Assembly: GCA_016782885.1 (NCBI GenBank)
Contig: JADHXQ010000006.1
Location: 6,144 to 70,143, forward strand
Length of the DNA: 64,000 bases
Source of the DNA: Phycisphaerae bacterium
GTDB taxonomy: Bacteria; Planctomycetota; Phycisphaerae; SM23-33
Reading direction: 5' to 3'
The translations under genes were made by a program, and so were the position numbers. The first letter of the stretch is position 1. Each line of letters opens with the position of its first letter. This document shows, piece after piece, positions 60,664 through 64,000 of the stretch. The notes below the pieces were generated by a model. It made no database searches and was not told where the DNA came from. It worked only from the letters and a program-made list of their open reading frames with translations.

Positions 60664-61027
60664 AGAACGTCCTCAAATAGAAGGCGTTACGGTCGCCGCG
60701 GGAACATTCCCACAGACACCAGTGTATGACAGGATTTCCCGAAGGAAATCATGTCACACACAGAGCAGGAGATAGTAGTAAGTAGAAAGTAGAGCAAACC
60801 ACTCACGCCCGCCGGAAAATCAGTGTCCAATGTAGAGACACTATCTCCTGCGGTCTCCTTTCTACTCTCTACTTTCCACAACAACCATCTGCTCATTCTA
60901 AAACCAACACTTAGCGATACCGAAAAACCAATCACATACACCGATAGCCCAACGGGCAGTTCACTGCCCGCCAGACCAACCGGCGTGCTGTATTGTATAC
61001 GATTCACACAGATCAGAATGTCCGAAG

Positions 61028-61453
61028 CTACTTGACTTCGACAGTAGCGCCGGCCTCTTCCAACTGTGAGCGAGCCGCGTCGGCGTCTTCCTTGGAAACA
61101 CCTTCTTTGACAGGCTTGGGAGCGCTGTCGACAAGGTCCTTGGCCTCTTTGAGGCCCAGGGAAGTAAGGGCGCGGACGGCCTTGATTACCTGGATCTTCT
61201 TGTCGCCGATGTCCTTCAGGATCACGTCGAAAGCGGTCTGCTCTTCGACCTCTTCAGCCGCGACCGCAGGACCAGCCATCATCACTGCGCCACCGGCTGC
61301 CGGTTCGATACCGTGTTCGTCCTTGAGATAGTCTGCAAGATCAACGGCTTCTTTCAGAGTCAATGCCACTATCTTGTCGCCAAGTTTTTTGATCCCGGCG
61401 GCATATTTCTTTGTGGGGGCGTCGGTTGCTTCTGCTGCTGCTTCATCTGCCAT
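61028..61453 (-). CDS. rplL: 50S ribosomal protein L7/L12
   Basis: ...[67 protein letters not shown]. Confidence 0.96.
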   Translation of the reverse strand: MADEAAAEATDAPTKKYAAGIKKLGDKIVALTLKEAVDLADYLKDEHGIEPAAGGAVMMAGPAVAAEEVEEQTAFDVILKDIGDKKIQVIKAVRALTSLGLKEAKDLVDSAPKPVKEGVSKEDADAARSQLEEAGATVEVK

Positions 61454-61669
61454 GGTTACTACTCCGATCTAAAGAACCGTCGATATTATGCGGCGGTTCA
61501 ATGCATTTTACCGGCCTGATAGGCGGATACCCCGATGGTATCCATTTAAGCCGCCTTCGGCGGACCAATCCGCAGCCGGACATTCGTTGAATTTACGGTT
61601 CTGTTTTCTTAAACACGCCAGTGACAAGCACTTCAAGCAGCACATAATCTGCCTGGCATCAGATGGCGA

Positions 61670-62536
61670 TTATTCAGTTTTTTCGTCTTCCGCAGGCGCT
61701 TCTTCAACAGGCGCTTCTTCAGCGGGCGCTTCTTCGGCGGGTGTGTCTTCAGCAGGTGCTTCCGCTTCTTCAGCGGGCGTCTCTTCAGCGGGCGCCTCTT
61801 CAGCAGGTGCTTCTTCAGCGGGCGCTTCTTCAGCAGGTGCGTCTTCAACAGGTGCTTCTTCAGCGGGCGCTTCTTCAGCAGGTGCGTCTTCAACAGGTGC
61901 TTCTTCAGCCGCCGCCTTTTCAGCAGGTGTGTCTTCTGCGGGCGCTTCTGCAGGTGTGTCTTCTGCGGGCGCCTCTTCAACCACCGCCTTTTCAGCAACC
62001 GCCGCTTCGGCGGCTTCGTCTGCATGAGATTCTTCGATGGTCTTGACCAATGCGGCAATCTTACCGCCGGGCGCCAGAATGCAGGCAGCGACCTTCATAC
62101 CAGGCGCCAAGACGCAGGAAACGATCGTACCAATGGCTTCGTCACGGGTGGGGAACTTGCTCAGCGCGTCGACCCGGTCAGGACCAAACGGTTCGCCGTC
62201 CATTACCGCGGCCTTAACCACAAGGTTCGGCGCCTGATCCTTCTTGATATCGAGCAGCTCTCGAACAGTGCTGACCACGTTGTCGCCACCGTAAGCCAGA
62301 GCACACGGTCCGTCCAACAGATCGCACGCGACATCCAGCCCGCAGACCTTGAAAGCCTGGCGTGCAAGAGCGTTCTTGACCACCAGCAGGCGGATTTCCT
62401 TTTCGCCGAGGCGTTTGCGTATACCGGTGGCGGTGACGGCATCAACGCCTGTAAGGCCCACTATCGCCAGGGAGGTAACGCCCTCCAGACGTCGGGTCAA
62501 TTCACCACTAATCAGCGCCTTAACTGGTTTGCTCAT
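61670..62536 (-). CDS. rplJ: 50S ribosomal protein L10 with a C-terminal acidic (APAEE)n repeat extension of about 110 aa
   Basis: L10 core MSKPVKALISGELTRRLEGVTSLAIVGLTGVDAV...KNALARQA, then the tail ...EEAPAEDTPAEAPAEDTPAEKAAAEEAPVEDAPAEEAPAEE... (288 aa total versus about 170 typical). Confidence 0.92.
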   Translation of the reverse strand: MSKPVKALISGELTRRLEGVTSLAIVGLTGVDAVTATGIRKRLGEKEIRLLVVKNALARQAFKVCGLDVACDLLDGPCALAYGGDNVVSTVRELLDIKKDQAPNLVVKAAVMDGEPFGPDRVDALSKFPTRDEAIGTIVSCVLAPGMKVAACILAPGGKIAALVKTIEESHADEAAEAAVAEKAVVEEAPAEDTPAEAPAEDTPAEKAAAEEAPVEDAPAEEAPAEEAPVEDAPAEEAPAEEAPAEEAPAEETPAEEAEAPAEDTPAEEAPAEEAPVEEAPAEDEKTE

Positions 62537-62620
62537 TTTCGCGTTTCCGTAGTTACCTGCCTGAGTCTTATTCTATACCGCCAAAGCTGCAATGCGCGGC
62601 GGTACGTGGTCTGAAAATCG

Positions 62621-63304
62621 CTATTGCGCGTCCAGTTCCACTGATGGCGTCATCGTCCCGGAAATGCACACTCGTTTCATGTACACGCCTTTGGCCGATG
62701 GCGGCTTGATCTTCTTGATATACTTGACGAACATCTCGATGTTCTCGATGAGTTTCTGCTCATCGAAGCTCATCTTGCCAACGGGCACGTGCAGATTTCC
62801 GCCTTCGTCATTGCGGTACTCAACCTTGCCTGCAACGTACTCTTTGACCATTTTGCCCACGTCGGGCGCCACGGTGCCGGCCTTGGGGCTGGGCATCTTG
62901 CCCGTCGGTCCAAGGACACGCCCGAGTTTGGAGACGCTCTTCATCATGCCCGGGGTGGCGACTGCAACGTCAAAATCCGTCCACCCGTCCTGTATTTTCT
63001 TGATGAGTTCGTCGCCTCCGGCCTCCGCGGCGCCGGCTTCAATGGCTTTTTCGACGTCTGCCTCTTCACAGAATGCGATGACTTTTCTTGTCTGACCGAT
63101 TCCGTGAGGCATCGCAATGGACCCTCGCAGGGCCTGCTCGGCTTGGCGGGGATCGATCCCGAGATGCATTACAAGATCGACAGTCTGATCGAACTTTCCA
63201 GTTCCAAAAGACTTAAGCGCTGCTACAGCGTCTTTGATCGACACCTTGTCGACCGGGCGGTTGGCCATACTGGCCTCATACCGCTTGCTTCTATTTCTAC
63301 CCAT
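62621..63304 (-). CDS. rplA: 50S ribosomal protein L1
   Basis: FDQTVDLVMHLGIDPRQAEQALRGSIAMPHGIGQTRKVIAF...LGPTGKMPSPKAGTV. Confidence 0.95.
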   Translation of the reverse strand: MGRNRSKRYEASMANRPVDKVSIKDAVAALKSFGTGKFDQTVDLVMHLGIDPRQAEQALRGSIAMPHGIGQTRKVIAFCEEADVEKAIEAGAAEAGGDELIKKIQDGWTDFDVAVATPGMMKSVSKLGRVLGPTGKMPSPKAGTVAPDVGKMVKEYVAGKVEYRNDEGGNLHVPVGKMSFDEQKLIENIEMFVKYIKKIKPPSAKGVYMKRVCISGTMTPSVELDAQ

Positions 63305-63470
63305 CAGTAACTCCTGTCGTCATTAATGACTCCCACGTTTCAGCCCGTGGTCCGGCTTATTTACAGTGATCAGTGATCAGTGATCAGTTATCAGTTATCA
63401 GTTATCACTGATTACCAGCGCCCCGAGCAAACTCGGGGAGCGCGGGGCAAGCCCCGCCGTTAAACTCTTT

Positions 63471-63896
63471 TTAGTTATCCACGGTAATTCCCATTGCCCG
63501 CGCGGTGCCGATGATGATTCGGCAGGCGGAATCGATATCGGTGGCATTGAGATCAGCAATCTTTCTTTCGGCGATAGCTCGAATCTGGTCCATGGTCACG
63601 TTGGCGACTTTTTCTTTGTTCGGCGTGCCCGAGCCGGTGGCGATCTGGGCGGCCTCTTTCAGCAGTGCCGAAGCCGGGGGGCTCTTGCAGATGAAGTCAA
63701 AGGTCTTGTCGGCATATATGGTTATGACCACCGGGATCGGCATACCGTTAAAGTCCTTGGTTCGCTCGTTGAACTGCGAGACAAACTGTCCGATATTGAC
63801 GTTCTTGGCGCCAAGTGCCGGTCCGATCGGTGGGGCAGGAGTCGCCTGTCCGCCCGCGGCCTGGAGTTTAATTGTTCCCGTAATCTGCTTAGCCAT
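63471..63896 (-). CDS. rplK: 50S ribosomal protein L11
   Basis: [48 protein letters not shown]. Confidence 0.96.
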   Translation of the reverse strand: MAKQITGTIKLQAAGGQATPAPPIGPALGAKNVNIGQFVSQFNERTKDFNGMPIPVVITIYADKTFDFICKSPPASALLKEAAQIATGSGTPNKEKVANVTMDQIRAIAERKIADLNATDIDSACRIIIGTARAMGITVDN

Positions 63897-63939
63897 CTTT
63901 CGTATCTCACTTCCGCCTGGTCCCTGCCGGCGGCGGCAA

Positions 63940-64000
63940 CTATGCCTTTTCTATCTGCCAGTACTCCAGTTCGACCGGGGTCGACCGCCCGAAAATCGTC
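63940..64000 (-). CDS. nusG: Transcription termination/antitermination factor NusG, C-terminal end only; the gene continues beyond the window
   Basis: The minus-strand frame ending at the TAG at 63940..63942 reads ...[19 protein letters not shown], the conserved KOW-domain C-terminus of NusG. Confidence 0.7.
   Translation of the reverse strand, partial: TIFGRSTPVELEYWQIEKA

Overview
This is a high-GC (~60%) bacterial chromosomal window. No mobile elements, integrases or CRISPR arrays were seen. From sequence alone the phylum cannot be assigned. The ExbB plus three ExbD genes, the Tad-domain proteins and the WG-repeat/HEAT protein hint at an FCB- or PVC-like lineage.

The 3' half (33.1-64.0 kb) is a single, uninterrupted minus-strand ribosomal super-cluster. 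The gene order is nusG (partial), rplK, rplA, rplJ, rplL, rpoB, rpoC, rpsL, rpsG, fusA, then the S10, spc and alpha operons, ending at rplQ with a terminator hairpin. Four things stand out in it:
- tuf, rpmD and infA are missing from their canonical slots.
- L17 and L10 carry long C-terminal (APAEE)n repeat tails, and S3 carries a (GGP)n tail.
- SecY appears to have an N-terminal extension of about 73 aa.
- Three spacers are unusually long and structured: rpsG-fusA (about 360 nt), rplL-rpoB and rplK-rplA.

The 5' half contains the following, roughly in order:
- rseP (3' part) and eno.
- A sigma-70 family factor with an N-terminal extension of about 300 aa.
- Several secreted TPR or coiled-coil hypothetical proteins.
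- tRNA-Cys(GCA), followed by heptamer tandem repeats.
- A tightly packed minus-strand cluster: Zn-ribbon/TM/VWA protein, TPR/coiled-coil protein, ExbB, three ExbD paralogs, and a 1091-aa TPR protein.
- A tandem Zn-ribbon/TM/VWA paralog on the other side of tRNA-Leu(TAG).
- A processive GT2 glycosyltransferase placed divergently to two tandem ~745-aa Tad-domain (TadE/G-like) proteins.
- A HIT protein, an esterase, and a 1105-aa WG-repeat/HEAT protein.
- An AT-rich HigB(Gp49-like)/HigA module. The toxin gene carries an in-frame TAG stop, and an 18-bp perfect palindrome lies just upstream.

Most annotated long plus-strand ORFs inside minus-strand genes are antisense artefacts.
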